Source of the DNA: an uncultured Bacilli bacterium
Lineage (GTDB): Bacteria > Bacillota_I > Bacilli_A > RF39 > UBA660
Reading direction: 5' to 3'
DNA: 64,000 nt
Assembly: GCA_947624135.1 (NCBI GenBank)
Contig: CANQIV010000001.1
Location: forward strand, 5,331-69,330
Shown: positions 33,001-44,228 of the stretch, piece by piece
Layout of the letters: each line of letters opens with the position of its first letter
Numbering within the stretch: position 1 is the stretch's first letter
Translations under genes and position numbers: made by a program
Notes under the pieces: model-generated
The model's database searches: none
What the model was told of the DNA's origin: nothing
The model's input: the letters and a program-made list of their open reading frames with translations, nothing else

Positions 33001-33327
33001 TTACTTGATTTTATTGATATATTCTTCTAAATCTGATAATTCAATTTTATTTTTCAAATTTTTAATATAAATATCAGTAGAATAATTAAATGCAAGAAAT
33101 GTTATACCTTTGATAATAATTCTATGAGGTTCTACATAGTTAAGATTAGATTTATCAATTTTTCTAATACTGCCGTTAATGAAAGTAGGAGTCGTCTTAC
33201 AAAACTCACAAATAAACTCTAATCTTTGTTTTAAAGACTTTTCAAAGGGTATTTCTTGTTTAAGTATCTTAATCATAAACACCATCCTTCCTTTAGGATG
33301 ATTTCTTTGTAACAACAAAAAAACCAA
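33001..33327 (-). CDS. hypothetical protein between recombinase and tRNA (possible directionality factor)
   Basis: 108-aa ORF, no motif recognised. Confidence 0.3.
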   Translation of the reverse strand: MVFLLLQRNHPKGRMVFMIKILKQEIPFEKSLKQRLEFICEFCKTTPTFINGSIRKIDKSNLNYVEPHRIIIKGITFLAFNYSTDIYIKNLKNKIELSDLEEYINKIK

Positions 33328-33359
33328 TCTTTCGATTGATTTCTATATATCAATGTTCG

Positions 33360-33389
33360 AAAAGTTCGAACAGATTCGTCAATGGAGCG
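33360..33389 (+). repeat. right att-like direct repeat overlapping tRNA-Gly 3' end
   Basis: see 23335-23364; flanked by ATTGAT...ATCAAT inverted repeat and tandem GTTCGAA half-sites. Confidence 0.6.
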
Positions 33390-33456
33390 GGTGATGGGAA
33401 TCGGACCCACGTTATCAGCTTGGAAGGCTGGAGTTCTACCATTGAACTACACCCGC
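33383..33456 (-). tRNA. tRNA-Gly (anticodon UCC)
   Basis: cloverleaf folded by eye: acceptor GCGGGTG/CACCCGC, D-arm AGTTCAATGGTAGAACT, anticodon loop CUUCCAA, T-arm GTGGGTCCGATTCCCAT, encoded CCA. Confidence 0.85.
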
Positions 33457-33641
33457 GTTTTCTAAACAATTAACATTATACTATTAACAATCTATTAAGT
33501 CAATACTTTTTTTAAAATTATCTAATTATTAAAACAATATTACATCAATATTATATGCAAATATTAATAAATAATGAATTTAGTTATTAATATTTCTTTT
33601 TTTAAAAATTAAAATAATGTATAATATAAATAGGTGGTAGA

Positions 33642-35954
33642 ATGTTTGAAAATATAAAAAACGATTCAATAATAATATGCAGTACCGATTGTAAAATTAA
33701 AATACTTAAAAATATAAAAAAAATAATAAACTTAAAATTTATGACAATGAATGAATTTATAAAATCATATTGTTTTGATTACGATGAAAAATCAATATTA
33801 TATTTAATAAAAAAATATAACATTAAATATGAAATCGCACTTGAATATTTAAAAAATATATATTATGTAGAAAATAAAAAATATAATCAAGAAAAATTAG
33901 ACTTTTTAGTAAATATAAAACAAGAACTAATAGATAATAATTTATTAATCTTCAATAATAAATTTAAAAATTATATAAAAAATAAAAACATAATAATATA
34001 TAACTATACTTTAAGTAAATTTGAAAAATATATATTAAGAAATTTAAAAATAGAACAAATACATGAAACAAATAAAAACTATATACCTAAAATATATGAA
34101 TTTGAAACAGTAGAAGAAGAGGTAGACTTTACCGCACGTTATATATCTAATTTAATAAATAAAGGCGTTAACATAGATAAAATTAAGTTAACAAACATCA
34201 GCGCCGATTATATAAACATAATAACTAAAATATTTAATTACTATAATTTAAAAATTAACAAATTTAATGATATACCTATAATATCCACTATAATAGGTAA
34301 AACATTTTATAATAATTTAGATCAAGGTTTGGAAGAATCATTAAAACTACTAAAAAATTATAAAGATACAGATATTTATAATAAAATAATAGATATATGC
34401 AATAAATATATATGGTGTGATGATAAAAACGATTTAAAAATATTAATCGAATATGATTTAAAACATACATATATAGAAAATACAATTTATACAAACATGA
34501 TTGAGGTAGTAGATTATAAAACATATACCTTTACAGATGAATACGTTTTTATGTTGGGATTTAATCAAGGAATAATACCGAATATAAAAAAAGATGAAGA
34601 TTATATAAACGATGATATTAAGCCAAATTATTTAGATAATACAGTTGAAATAAATAAAAGAGAAAAAGAAGAAACATTAAAAATTATAAAAAACATAGAG
34701 AAAATAATAATCACATATAAAAATACAAACTTATTTAACAAATTTTATCCATCTAATTTAATAGATGATTTAAATGCTAAAGTAGAAAAAATAAATATAG
34801 ATTATACTACAAGTTATAGTAAGTTAAGTGATAAATTAAAATTAGCCACTTTAATAGATGATTTAATAAAATTTGGAACTAAAAGTGATACATTAAACTT
34901 ACTTATATCAAATTACGATATACCATATAATACATATTCTAATGAATTTACTAAAATAAACAAAGAAAAAATAAATAAATATTTAAATAGTTTAAAATCT
35001 TTTAATTTATCATATACATCAATGGATAACTATAATAGGTGTGCGTTTAGATTTTATATAGATAAAATATTAAAATTAGTAAAATCAAAAGATACATTTA
35101 CATGCACTCTTGGTAATATTTATCACGCCGTACTTGAACAAGCAGTAAAAGGTGATATAGATGTTAAAGAATTTGTAGATAAATATATAGAAGAAAAAAA
35201 TATAAAACTTACAGAGTCCAATAAATTCTTTGTAAAAAAAGCAACCTCTAATATTGAATATTTAATAGGAATTTTAAAAGAACAAAATAAATTTTCAAAA
35301 TTAAAAAAACAAGAAACAGAAAAAGAAATAATTATAAATTTAAAAAATAATATCAATTTTAAAGGATTCATAGATAAAATCGTTTACGATACATTTGATG
35401 ATACAACACTCGCAGCAATCATCGATTATAAAACTTATGTTAAAGAACCAAGCTTAAAATATATAAATTATGGTATAGGTCTTCAACTCCCAACATATAT
35501 GTATTTAGCTAAACAAAGTCTAAATAATATTAGATTTGTAGGATTTTATCTTCAAAATATAACTCTTGATAATAAATCAAACGAAGAAAAAGAAGAAAGT
35601 TTAAAATTAATAGGATTTACCAATAAAGATGAAACCATACTTGAAAAATTTGATAGTAATTATAAAGATAGCAAAGTTATAAAAGGAATAAAAGTAAATA
35701 AAGATGGTAACTTTTCTTCTAGTAGTTTATCACATATGTTAAGTGATAATGAAATAAATGATATTATAAATTATACAGAAGAAAAAATAAAAGATACAAT
35801 TGTCAATATTTATAATTCTAATTTCGATATAAATCCTAAATATGATAATGGATGTATAGGATGTGAATTTTGCGAGTACAGTGATTTATGCTTTAAAAGA
35901 GCAAAAGATTATGTAAATATAAAACCTAATAATAAATATGAGGAAGTGATATAA
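33642..35954 (+). CDS. rexB: AddB/RexB-like helicase-nuclease subunit (short form) with C-terminal Fe-S/PD-(D/E)xK nuclease domain
   Basis: 770 aa; C-terminal AIIDYKT ... CIGCEFCEYSDLC; stop overlaps start of addA-like gene. Confidence 0.65.
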   Translation: MFENIKNDSIIICSTDCKIKILKNIKKIINLKFMTMNEFIKSYCFDYDEKSILYLIKKYNIKYEIALEYLKNIYYVENKKYNQEKLDFLVNIKQELIDNNLLIFNNKFKNYIKNKNIIIYNYTLSKFEKYILRNLKIEQIHETNKNYIPKIYEFETVEEEVDFTARYISNLINKGVNIDKIKLTNISADYINIITKIFNYYNLKINKFNDIPIISTIIGKTFYNNLDQGLEESLKLLKNYKDTDIYNKIIDICNKYIWCDDKNDLKILIEYDLKHTYIENTIYTNMIEVVDYKTYTFTDEYVFMLGFNQGIIPNIKKDEDYINDDIKPNYLDNTVEINKREKEETLKIIKNIEKIIITYKNTNLFNKFYPSNLIDDLNAKVEKINIDYTTSYSKLSDKLKLATLIDDLIKFGTKSDTLNLLISNYDIPYNTYSNEFTKINKEKINKYLNSLKSFNLSYTSMDNYNRCAFRFYIDKILKLVKSKDTFTCTLGNIYHAVLEQAVKGDIDVKEFVDKYIEEKNIKLTESNKFFVKKATSNIEYLIGILKEQNKFSKLKKQETEKEIIINLKNNINFKGFIDKIVYDTFDDTTLAAIIDYKTYVKEPSLKYINYGIGLQLPTYMYLAKQSLNNIRFVGFYLQNITLDNKSNEEKEESLKLIGFTNKDETILEKFDSNYKDSKVIKGIKVNKDGNFSSSSLSHMLSDNEINDIINYTEEKIKDTIVNIYNSNFDINPKYDNGCIGCEFCEYSDLCFKRAKDYVNIKPNNKYEEVI

Positions 35955-38900
35955 TGGCATTTACTAAAGATCAGGAAAAAGCAATAACAACTACTGGTTG
36001 TAATATAATAGTAAGTGCAGGAGCTGGTAGTGGAAAAACTGCGGTACTTACAGAAAGAACAATTAGAAAATTAAAAAATGGTACAAATATAAATAGACTT
36101 TTAATACTTACATTTACAAATGCAGCTGCAGGAGAGATGAAAACAAGAATTAGAGAATCGATAAAAGAATCAGGATTAAAAGATCAACTTGATTTTATAG
36201 ATTCTTCATATATAACAACATTTGATTCATTTGCTTTATCCGTTGTAAAAAAATATCACACATATCTTTCTATACCACTTAATATATCAATAATGGATTC
36301 ATCAATAGAAGATTTAAAAAGTAAAGAAATATTAGATTATATATTTGAAAAATCATATCAAGATAAAAATTTTGATAAATTAATATATGATTTTTGTATT
36401 AAAACAGATGATAATATAAAAAAAATAGTAAGACAATTATCAGATAAATTAAGTTTACTACAAAATAAAAAAGAATATTTAGAAAACTACGTAAGTTCTC
36501 ATTATAGTGATGAATATATAAATGATAAAATAGATGAATATATAAATTTAATAATAAAAATAAAAGAAAATATAAATACATATTATAAAGAATTAAAAGC
36601 TAGAGTAGATAATAAATTTATTGAAAGTTACAACATAGAGCCATTACTTGAATCAAATACATATAATGAAATAAAACTAAACTTAGAAAAGATAGGTTCA
36701 CCTAGAAAGAATAAAAATTGCGATGAAGATTTTAAAATATATAAAGATTCAATCACAAATATCTTAAAAGATTTAAAAAATTTAACTAGATTTAAAAATT
36801 TAGATGAAATAAAAAAGTCAATATTTAAAACAGAACCGTATATAAATGCGATAATTAAAATAATACTTGAATATGATGAAATATTTTCAAAATATAAAAA
36901 TGAAAATAATATATATACATTTCAAGATATAGCCTTAATGGCAATAAAAATAATAAAAGAAAATCCAAAAATACAAGAAGAATTAAAATCTAGTTTTGAT
37001 GAAATAATGATTGATGAATATCAAGATACAAGTGATATACAAGAAGAATTTATAAATTTAATTTCAAATAATAATGTATATATGGTAGGAGATATAAAAC
37101 AATCAATTTATAGATTTAGACATGCTAACCCCTATATATTTCAAAAAAAGTATGAAGAATATTCAAAAAATAATGGTGGGATCAAAATAGATTTACTTAA
37201 AAATTTTAGATCAAGACCTGAGGTTTTAAATAATATAAATTTAATATTTAATCTAATTATGGATGATACATTAGGAGATGCAGATTATAAAAAATCTCAC
37301 CAAATGAATTTTGGAAATATCGATTATATCGAATCTTTTAAAACAAATCAAAATAGCGATATGGAAATACTTACGTATGATAAAAAAGAAATAGAAGATT
37401 ACACTACTGATGAAATAGAAGCCTTCACAACAGCTTACGATATAAAGAAAAAAATTGAATCACAATATTTGATAGTAGATAAAGAGAAAAAAACATTAAG
37501 ACCCTGTAAATATAGTGACTTTGCTATAATAATGGATAGGGGAGGAAGCTTTAATTTATATAAGAAAATATTTGAATATGTTGGTATACCTATAGAACAA
37601 ATTCAAAATGAAAAATTAACTATCGGTGAAGAAATATTAGTAATAAAAAATTTAATTAATTTAATAATCAAAGTTAATTTAAATGAAATAGATGATGATT
37701 TTAAATATTTATATACTAGTATATCTAGATCATTTATATTTAAAACTAGTGATGAAGAAATATTTGATATAGTAAAAAGCGGCGATTTTTATAATTCAGA
37801 AATTTATAAAAAATGTAAAAAAATTAATATATTTGAAATGTCTAACTTAGATTTATTAAATCAAATAATAGATGAATTTGATATATATGAAAAAATAATA
37901 ACTACAAATAATATAAAAGATACTATGATTAGATTAGATTATTTAAAAGATTTAAGTATAAATTTATCATCTATAGGTCTTACTCCAATAGAGTTTGCTA
38001 AATACTTAAACGATATGATTGAAAATGGTAAAATTGAATATTCACTGAATGCTAGTGAAAGTAATACAGTAAAAATATTAAATATACATAAAAGTAAAGG
38101 ACTAGAATATAGTATATGTTATTTTACTGGTCTTAGTAAAAAATCAAATGATGAAGATAAAAAAATAAAATTTACTATAGATCAAAATTATAACATAGTG
38201 GCTCCATATTTTGATGATGGAATAAAACAGACAATATATAAAGATTTACTTTTAAAAGAATACGAAAGGCAAAATATAAGTGAAAAGATAAGATTATTTT
38301 ATGTCGCATTAACTAGAGTACGTGAAAAAATTATAATAATTTGTCCTTTAGATAAAACTAAAGATGGATATGATTCATTAGTACCCTCTAATATTAGATT
38401 AAATTACAATAAAATAATTGATATGTTAGAATCTATAATACCAGTCCTTAAACCATATATAAAAGATATAGATTTTAACTATGTAAAACTTACAAGAGAC
38501 TTTGAAAATATAAAAAATATTAACTATAAAAAAAATACCAAAAAAGTGAATACAAAAATAAAATATGTAGAAAATAATATAAAATATGAAAAATTAAATC
38601 AATCTAAATTTTCTAAAAATAGTAATAAATTAATAACAAAAGCTGAATATGAAAATATGAAAAAAGGAACTCAGCTACACTATTTATTTTATATAGAAGA
38701 TTTTAAAAATACAAATAACCCATATATATTAAATTTTTTAAGTAAGATAGATAAAAATTATATAAATTGTTATAAAGAATATGAATTTATATATTACGAT
38801 GATAATACTTTAAAACATGGATTTATCGATTTAATGTTAGAATATGATAATCATATAGATATAATAGATTATAAAACTAAAAATATAGATGATGAAAATT

Positions 38901-39022
38901 ATATAAAACAATTAAATGGTTATAAAAAATATGTTGAAAGCAAAGTAAAAAAGACAGTAAATATATATCTTTATTCTATAGCAGAAGAAAGATTAGAAAA
39001 ATTAGAACCTATATATAATTAA
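35954..39022 (+). CDS. rexA: AddA/RexA-like ATP-dependent helicase-nuclease (UvrD-family helicase + C-terminal nuclease)
   Basis: Walker A AGAGSGKTAVL, UvrD motifs DEYQDTS, FRSRPEVL, HKSKGLEY; C-terminal IDIIDYKT nuclease motif. Confidence 0.85.
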   Translation: MAFTKDQEKAITTTGCNIIVSAGAGSGKTAVLTERTIRKLKNGTNINRLLILTFTNAAAGEMKTRIRESIKESGLKDQLDFIDSSYITTFDSFALSVVKKYHTYLSIPLNISIMDSSIEDLKSKEILDYIFEKSYQDKNFDKLIYDFCIKTDDNIKKIVRQLSDKLSLLQNKKEYLENYVSSHYSDEYINDKIDEYINLIIKIKENINTYYKELKARVDNKFIESYNIEPLLESNTYNEIKLNLEKIGSPRKNKNCDEDFKIYKDSITNILKDLKNLTRFKNLDEIKKSIFKTEPYINAIIKIILEYDEIFSKYKNENNIYTFQDIALMAIKIIKENPKIQEELKSSFDEIMIDEYQDTSDIQEEFINLISNNNVYMVGDIKQSIYRFRHANPYIFQKKYEEYSKNNGGIKIDLLKNFRSRPEVLNNINLIFNLIMDDTLGDADYKKSHQMNFGNIDYIESFKTNQNSDMEILTYDKKEIEDYTTDEIEAFTTAYDIKKKIESQYLIVDKEKKTLRPCKYSDFAIIMDRGGSFNLYKKIFEYVGIPIEQIQNEKLTIGEEILVIKNLINLIIKVNLNEIDDDFKYLYTSISRSFIFKTSDEEIFDIVKSGDFYNSEIYKKCKKINIFEMSNLDLLNQIIDEFDIYEKIITTNNIKDTMIRLDYLKDLSINLSSIGLTPIEFAKYLNDMIENGKIEYSLNASESNTVKILNIHKSKGLEYSICYFTGLSKKSNDEDKKIKFTIDQNYNIVAPYFDDGIKQTIYKDLLLKEYERQNISEKIRLFYVALTRVREKIIIICPLDKTKDGYDSLVPSNIRLNYNKIIDMLESIIPVLKPYIKDIDFNYVKLTRDFENIKNINYKKNTKKVNTKIKYVENNIKYEKLNQSKFSKNSNKLITKAEYENMKKGTQLHYLFYIEDFKNTNNPYILNFLSKIDKNYINCYKEYEFIYYDDNTLKHGFIDLMLEYDNHIDIIDYKTKNIDDENYIKQLNGYKKYVESKVKKTVNIYLYSIAEERLEKLEPIYN

Positions 39023-39025
39023 TTT

Positions 39026-39054
39026 TTGACTATAAAATAAATATTTGTTATAAT
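39026..39054 (+). promoter_or_regulatory. near-consensus sigma-A promoter
   Basis: TTGACT, 17 bp spacer, TATAAT, 22 nt upstream of ATG 39077. Confidence 0.5.
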
Positions 39055-39076
39055 TATCATGATAGGAGAGTGTGTT

Positions 39077-40006
39077 ATGAACTTAATCGAGACATTAAAA
39101 AAAGAAATAAACGATAAAAAAATAACTGATAAACTTGAAATAGCAAGATATATTTATAAAAAAGTAGGTAATTTATTTAAATATGATCCTAAATGGTATT
39201 TTTCAACTCCTGAAGAAAAAGAAGAATTAAAATCCAAAAAAATTGATATTTCTAACGTAACAGATAATTATATTACTAACTGTTCATGGGCAAATATGTA
39301 TAGTGATTTACTAACTAATTTTGATATTACATCTAAAATTAATTCAGTAGACATAAATTTATATAATTCAGTTACAAAAAAATATCACACTAAAAATATG
39401 GGAGTTAATGTAGAGGTACTTATAGATGGTAATTCATATACTGCAGATTTAACTAAAAATTTAAATGACTTAATAAGTTTAAAATTTGGATTACCTACTA
39501 ATTATAATTGTAGGACAAATGATGAAATAAAAAATGAACCAAATGGTAATTTAATGAATATTAAAAATAAAACAAAAAATTTAAAAGATAAATTAGAAAC
39601 AATGAAGAAAGAAGAAAAATTAAACGATCAAGAATATATTTATCAAGTATATAAGGCAATAGAAAGTAATGTAAATTTTTCAAAACCAAATATTGGATTT
39701 AGTGAAGGAAAAACATATATAGATTTACTTTTAAGTTCCATTTTAGGTAAAAATTATACATCTAATAATATTTGTTTTTACGATAAATATTATGATAAAT
39801 ATATATCAGTTTATATAGTACCTGTAAATGGCGTTAATATATTTTTCTCATATGAAAAAGGTTCAAGTGTAGTATATAAATTCAAAACAATTCCAAAAGA
39901 AACACTAGATTTTTATTTTAAAAATTACGAATATATATTATCAGATAACTTAAAAACTATGATAAATAAAAATTCTAATCAAACAGTAAATAGTAGAAGA
40001 ATGTAA
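39077..40006 (+). CDS. hypothetical protein (309 aa)
   Basis: RBS AGGAGAG; no recognisable motif. Confidence 0.45.
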   Translation: MNLIETLKKEINDKKITDKLEIARYIYKKVGNLFKYDPKWYFSTPEEKEELKSKKIDISNVTDNYITNCSWANMYSDLLTNFDITSKINSVDINLYNSVTKKYHTKNMGVNVEVLIDGNSYTADLTKNLNDLISLKFGLPTNYNCRTNDEIKNEPNGNLMNIKNKTKNLKDKLETMKKEEKLNDQEYIYQVYKAIESNVNFSKPNIGFSEGKTYIDLLLSSILGKNYTSNNICFYDKYYDKYISVYIVPVNGVNIFFSYEKGSSVVYKFKTIPKETLDFYFKNYEYILSDNLKTMINKNSNQTVNSRRM

Positions 40007-40033
40007 AACATATTTTAATTAATATGTTTTTTT
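40007..40033 (+). terminator. rho-independent terminator
   Basis: ACATATT-TTAATT-AATATGT hairpin followed by T6. Confidence 0.55.
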
Positions 40034-40057
40034 GATATAATATTTATTGGTGATACA

Positions 40058-42628
40058 ATGGAAAAAATAATAATGGTAGATGGAAACAATTTACTTTTTA
40101 GAAGTTATTATGCAACCGCATACAGTGGTCAGTTTATGAAAAATAGTAAGGGATTCCCAACAAATGCTTTATTTGGATTTGCAAATATGATAAATAAAAT
40201 AGTAACAGATGAACAACCAGTATATATGGTAGTAGCGTTTGATAAAGGTAAAACATTTAGGCATGAAAAATATTCATTCTATAAAGAAGGTAGGAGTGAA
40301 ACACCAGAAGAATTGAAAATGCAATTTCCAAAAGCAAAAGAATTATTAACTCTTATGGGAATTAAATATTACGAAATAGATGGATATGAGGCAGATGATA
40401 TAATAGGAACATTTGCTAAATATTGTGAAAATGATAGTAATTATAATGGACTTATAATAAGTAGTGATAAGGATTTATTACAATTAATATCTAAACATGT
40501 AGAAATGAAATTATTGAAACAAAAAGATTATATAAGATACAATGAAATATTATTTAAAGGTGAATGGGGAATAAATCCCATAAATGTAATAGATTTAAAA
40601 GCCTTAATGGGAGATGCAAGCGATAACATACCTGGTGTAAAAGGAATAGGAGAAAAAACAGCTTTAAAATTATTAACTCAATATAAAACACTTGATGGTG
40701 TATATGAAAATATTGATAAAATAAAAGGTGCTACTAAAGAAAAACTATTGTTAGGTGAAGAAAGTGCTTATATGAGTTATGAAATAGCTACTATATATAA
40801 AGACGTACCAATGGATATAAATATACCTGATATAAAATATTTAGGCCCTAAAGCAGAACTTGAGGATATGTATCAAGAACTTGAATTTTATTCTTTACTT
40901 AAAAATTTAAAAAAAGATGATACAGTAGTTAAAGAAAAAATAGAATATAAACAAGTAACCGATATAAAAGAATTAGATAATATAAAAGAATGTGCAATAT
41001 ATTTAGAGGTAGATAATTCAAATTATCATAATTCAAATATAATTGGTATGGGTATATATAATAAAGATGTTTCATATTACATAGATGGAGAAAAATTAAA
41101 AGATAATCCTAGCTTTTTAGTTAATTCTATAAAATATACATATGACTATAAAAAATTACTTGTTATGTGCAAAAAAAATAATATCAAATTAGATAATGTA
41201 GTTTTTGATATCGCCCTTGCAGCATACTTACTTGAATATAATTTAAAAGATGATATAGCTTATCTATCCAATCAACTTGAATGTAATATTCCATTTAAAG
41301 AAGAAATATTAAAAAATAATTTAGATATAAAAGAAATATGCGTTCAAAAAGCAAAATTTATATACGCAAACAAAGAAAAATTTGAAAAAGAATTAAAAGA
41401 TAAAGAAATGTATGATTTATTTTTTAATATAGAATTACCTTTAAGTAAAGTTTTAGCGGATATGGAATATACAGGATTCAATGTAGATAAAAATAAACTA
41501 ATTGAAATGGGAGAAGAAATAAAAATTAAGATAGATTTAATAAGTAATACAATTTATAATTATGCAGGAGAAGTATTTAATATATCATCACCTAAACAAT
41601 TAGGAGAAATATTATTTGAAAAATTAAAATTACCTCATAAAGGTAAAGCAGGAAGAAATGGATATTCGACAAGTGCAGAGGTTTTAGAAAAATTAAAAGA
41701 TAAACATCCAATAATAGAATCTATACTAGAATATAGAATGCTTACAAAGTTATATTCAGCTTATATAGAAGGTTTAATTTCATATATACATGAAGATGGT
41801 AAAATACATACAATATTCACTCAAACATTAACAAGAACAGGTAGACTTTCTAGTATAGAACCAAATCTTCAAAATATACCTATTAGAAATGAATATGGAA
41901 AATTAATTAGAAAAGCATTTATACCAAGTCCTGATTCTATAATAGTAAGTGCTGATTATTCACAAATAGAACTTAGAATATTTTCTTGTATGGCAAATAT
42001 AACTGCTTTAAAAGATGCTTTTAATAATAATATAGATGTTCATTCAAAAACAGCAAGTGATATATTTAATGTACCAATAGAAGCAGTAACAAAAGATATG
42101 CGAAGAATGGCTAAAGCAGTTAATTTCGGTATAATATATGGTATAAGTGGATTTGGACTTTCTGAAAATCTTAACATAGATACTAAAGAAGCAACTAAAT
42201 TTATAAATCATTATTTTGAAACATATCCAGGTATAAAAAAATATAAAGAAGAATCATTACAAGAAGCACATAAAAAAGGATATGTTAAAACAATGTTTGG
42301 TAGAATAAGAACACTAGATGAACTTGAAAATAAAAATTATATGATTAGGAGTGCAGCTGAAAGAATAGCGCTCAATACACCAATTCAAGGTACGAGTGCT
42401 GACATACTTAAAATAGCTATGATAAGATTATTTTCAGAATTTAATAAAAATAATTTAAAAAGTAAATTACTCGTAACAGTGCACGATGAACTTGTAGTTG
42501 ATTGTAAAAAAGATGAATTTGAAATAGTAAAAAAACTTATGAAAGATGTTATGGAAAATGTAGTTAAACTAGATGTACCACTTACTGTAGATGTAGAATA
42601 TGGTGATGATTGGTATCAAGCAAAATAA
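40058..42628 (+). CDS. polA: DNA polymerase I
   Basis: 5'-3' exonuclease N-domain, polymerase motifs RRMAKAVNFGIIYG and VHDELVVD; 856 aa. Confidence 0.9.
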   Translation: MEKIIMVDGNNLLFRSYYATAYSGQFMKNSKGFPTNALFGFANMINKIVTDEQPVYMVVAFDKGKTFRHEKYSFYKEGRSETPEELKMQFPKAKELLTLMGIKYYEIDGYEADDIIGTFAKYCENDSNYNGLIISSDKDLLQLISKHVEMKLLKQKDYIRYNEILFKGEWGINPINVIDLKALMGDASDNIPGVKGIGEKTALKLLTQYKTLDGVYENIDKIKGATKEKLLLGEESAYMSYEIATIYKDVPMDINIPDIKYLGPKAELEDMYQELEFYSLLKNLKKDDTVVKEKIEYKQVTDIKELDNIKECAIYLEVDNSNYHNSNIIGMGIYNKDVSYYIDGEKLKDNPSFLVNSIKYTYDYKKLLVMCKKNNIKLDNVVFDIALAAYLLEYNLKDDIAYLSNQLECNIPFKEEILKNNLDIKEICVQKAKFIYANKEKFEKELKDKEMYDLFFNIELPLSKVLADMEYTGFNVDKNKLIEMGEEIKIKIDLISNTIYNYAGEVFNISSPKQLGEILFEKLKLPHKGKAGRNGYSTSAEVLEKLKDKHPIIESILEYRMLTKLYSAYIEGLISYIHEDGKIHTIFTQTLTRTGRLSSIEPNLQNIPIRNEYGKLIRKAFIPSPDSIIVSADYSQIELRIFSCMANITALKDAFNNNIDVHSKTASDIFNVPIEAVTKDMRRMAKAVNFGIIYGISGFGLSENLNIDTKEATKFINHYFETYPGIKKYKEESLQEAHKKGYVKTMFGRIRTLDELENKNYMIRSAAERIALNTPIQGTSADILKIAMIRLFSEFNKNNLKSKLLVTVHDELVVDCKKDEFEIVKKLMKDVMENVVKLDVPLTVDVEYGDDWYQAK

Positions 42629-42701
42629 ATCATAAATATTTAGTTTTTTCTTTCTTTTTTATATAAAGTGTAGTAAAATATTAATAGTAAGGGTGAACGA
42701 T

Positions 42702-43670
42702 ATGGGATTATTCAATAAATTTAAAAACTTATTTACTAAAAATAATAAAGAAGATATAGAAGCATTTGATAAAGGACTAGAAAAGACAAGAAAAGAATTT
42801 GTAAATAAAATAGGTATATTAAATAGTAAATATAAAAAAGTAAGTAATGAATATTTTGATGAATTAGAAGAAATTCTCATAATGGCTGATATAGGAGTTA
42901 ATACTGTTATTGAATTTATCGATAAATTAAAAAAACGTGTAAAGCATGAAAATATAACTGATAGCGAAGATTTAAAAGAGGTTATAATAGATGAGATGTT
43001 CATAATTTATGTAAATAATCAAATAGTAGTAAATAAAATTAATTATGCTACATCAGGACCAACAGTTATTTTATTTGTAGGAGTAAATGGTGTAGGTAAG
43101 ACAACTACTATTGGTAAATTTGCATCTAAATTAAAAGATATGGATAAAAAAGTAATGCTTGTTGCAGGCGATACATTTAGAGCAGGCGCACAAGAGCAAT
43201 TAAAAGAATGGGCACAAAGGACAGATTCTAAAATAGTAAGTGGAGAATCTAAAGATCCTTCTAGCGTAGTTTATGATGGTGTAAAACAAGCAATAGAAGA
43301 AAATTATGATGTAGTTTTAATAGATACAGCAGGAAGGCTTCAAAATAAAACTAATTTAATGAATGAATTAGAAAAAATGAATAAAGTAATAGGTAAATTA
43401 ATACCTAATGCTCCACATGAAACTTTACTTGTAATAGACGCTACAACAGGTCAAAATGGAATTAGTCAAGCAAAAAGTTTTAAAGAAATAACTAATATAA
43501 CAGGAATAGTTTTAACAAAACTAGATGGTACTGCAAAAGGTGGAATAGTACTTGCTATAAAAGAAGCAGTAGATATTCCAGTAAAATTTGTAGGACTTGG
43601 AGAAAAAGAAAAAGATTTAAGAACATTTGATATAGAAAAATATATATATGGATTATTTAAGGATATGTGA
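42702..43670 (+). CDS. ftsY: signal recognition particle receptor FtsY
   Basis: SRP GTPase motifs GVNGVGKTTT, DTAGRLQ, TKLDG; start re-picked at ATG after AGGGTGA. Confidence 0.9.
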   Translation: MGLFNKFKNLFTKNNKEDIEAFDKGLEKTRKEFVNKIGILNSKYKKVSNEYFDELEEILIMADIGVNTVIEFIDKLKKRVKHENITDSEDLKEVIIDEMFIIYVNNQIVVNKINYATSGPTVILFVGVNGVGKTTTIGKFASKLKDMDKKVMLVAGDTFRAGAQEQLKEWAQRTDSKIVSGESKDPSSVVYDGVKQAIEENYDVVLIDTAGRLQNKTNLMNELEKMNKVIGKLIPNAPHETLLVIDATTGQNGISQAKSFKEITNITGIVLTKLDGTAKGGIVLAIKEAVDIPVKFVGLGEKEKDLRTFDIEKYIYGLFKDM

Positions 43671-43673
43671 TTT

Positions 43674-43943
43674 ATGAATACAAAAATAGTAGATGTAAAA
43701 GAATTTAAAAATGATAGAGTAGGAATACTTGTAGAGGTAGTTTTAATTGAAATGATGATAATATTTTCAATACTTAATTTAATTAATGAAGCTTTTTTAC
43801 CCGCACTCTATATAATAATATCTATGATATTATTTACAATGGCTTATAATAATATTAAAATATTTAAGAAAAAATATATGACGCCAGTATATATAATAAC
43901 AGGTTTATTTGTTGTTATTACAACATTTATGGAGTATTTATAG
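43674..43943 (+). CDS. small membrane protein, hypothetical
   Basis: two TM helices, 89 aa, wedged between ftsY and ylxM. Confidence 0.35.
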   Translation: MNTKIVDVKEFKNDRVGILVEVVLIEMMIIFSILNLINEAFLPALYIIISMILFTMAYNNIKIFKKKYMTPVYIITGLFVVITTFMEYL

Positions 43944-44227
43944 TGAATATATATTATGTAGAACTTTTTGATTATTATGGTGAACTTTTTACCGATAAAC
44001 AAAAAGAATATTTTAAAGATTATTATTTTAATAATTTAACGCTTCAGGAAATAGCTGATAATAATAAAGTAAGTAAAAATGCAGTTCATAAGAATATAAA
44101 AGATATAACAAAAAAGTTAGAATATTATGAAGATAAATTAAAACTATATAATAATAAAAAAGAAATAGAAAAATTGATAATTAATATAGATAAAGGAATA
44201 AAGGAAAAAATAGAGGAGTTGATTTAG
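43943..44227 (+). CDS. ylxM: UPF0122 / YlxM-like putative HTH protein
   Basis: conserved position after ftsY; sigma-70 region-4-like LTLQEIADNNKVSKNAVHKNI. Confidence 0.65.
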   Translation: MNIYYVELFDYYGELFTDKQKEYFKDYYFNNLTLQEIADNNKVSKNAVHKNIKDITKKLEYYEDKLKLYNNKKEIEKLIINIDKGIKEKIEELI

Positions 44228-44228
44228 T

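Noticed and set aside
33383-33456. Alternative reading of the tRNA as tRNA-Trp (CCA)
   Set aside because: With a 5-bp anticodon stem CCAGC/GCTGA the 7-nt loop is CUUCCAA, giving U33 and anticodon UCC (Gly); the CCA reading breaks loop geometry.
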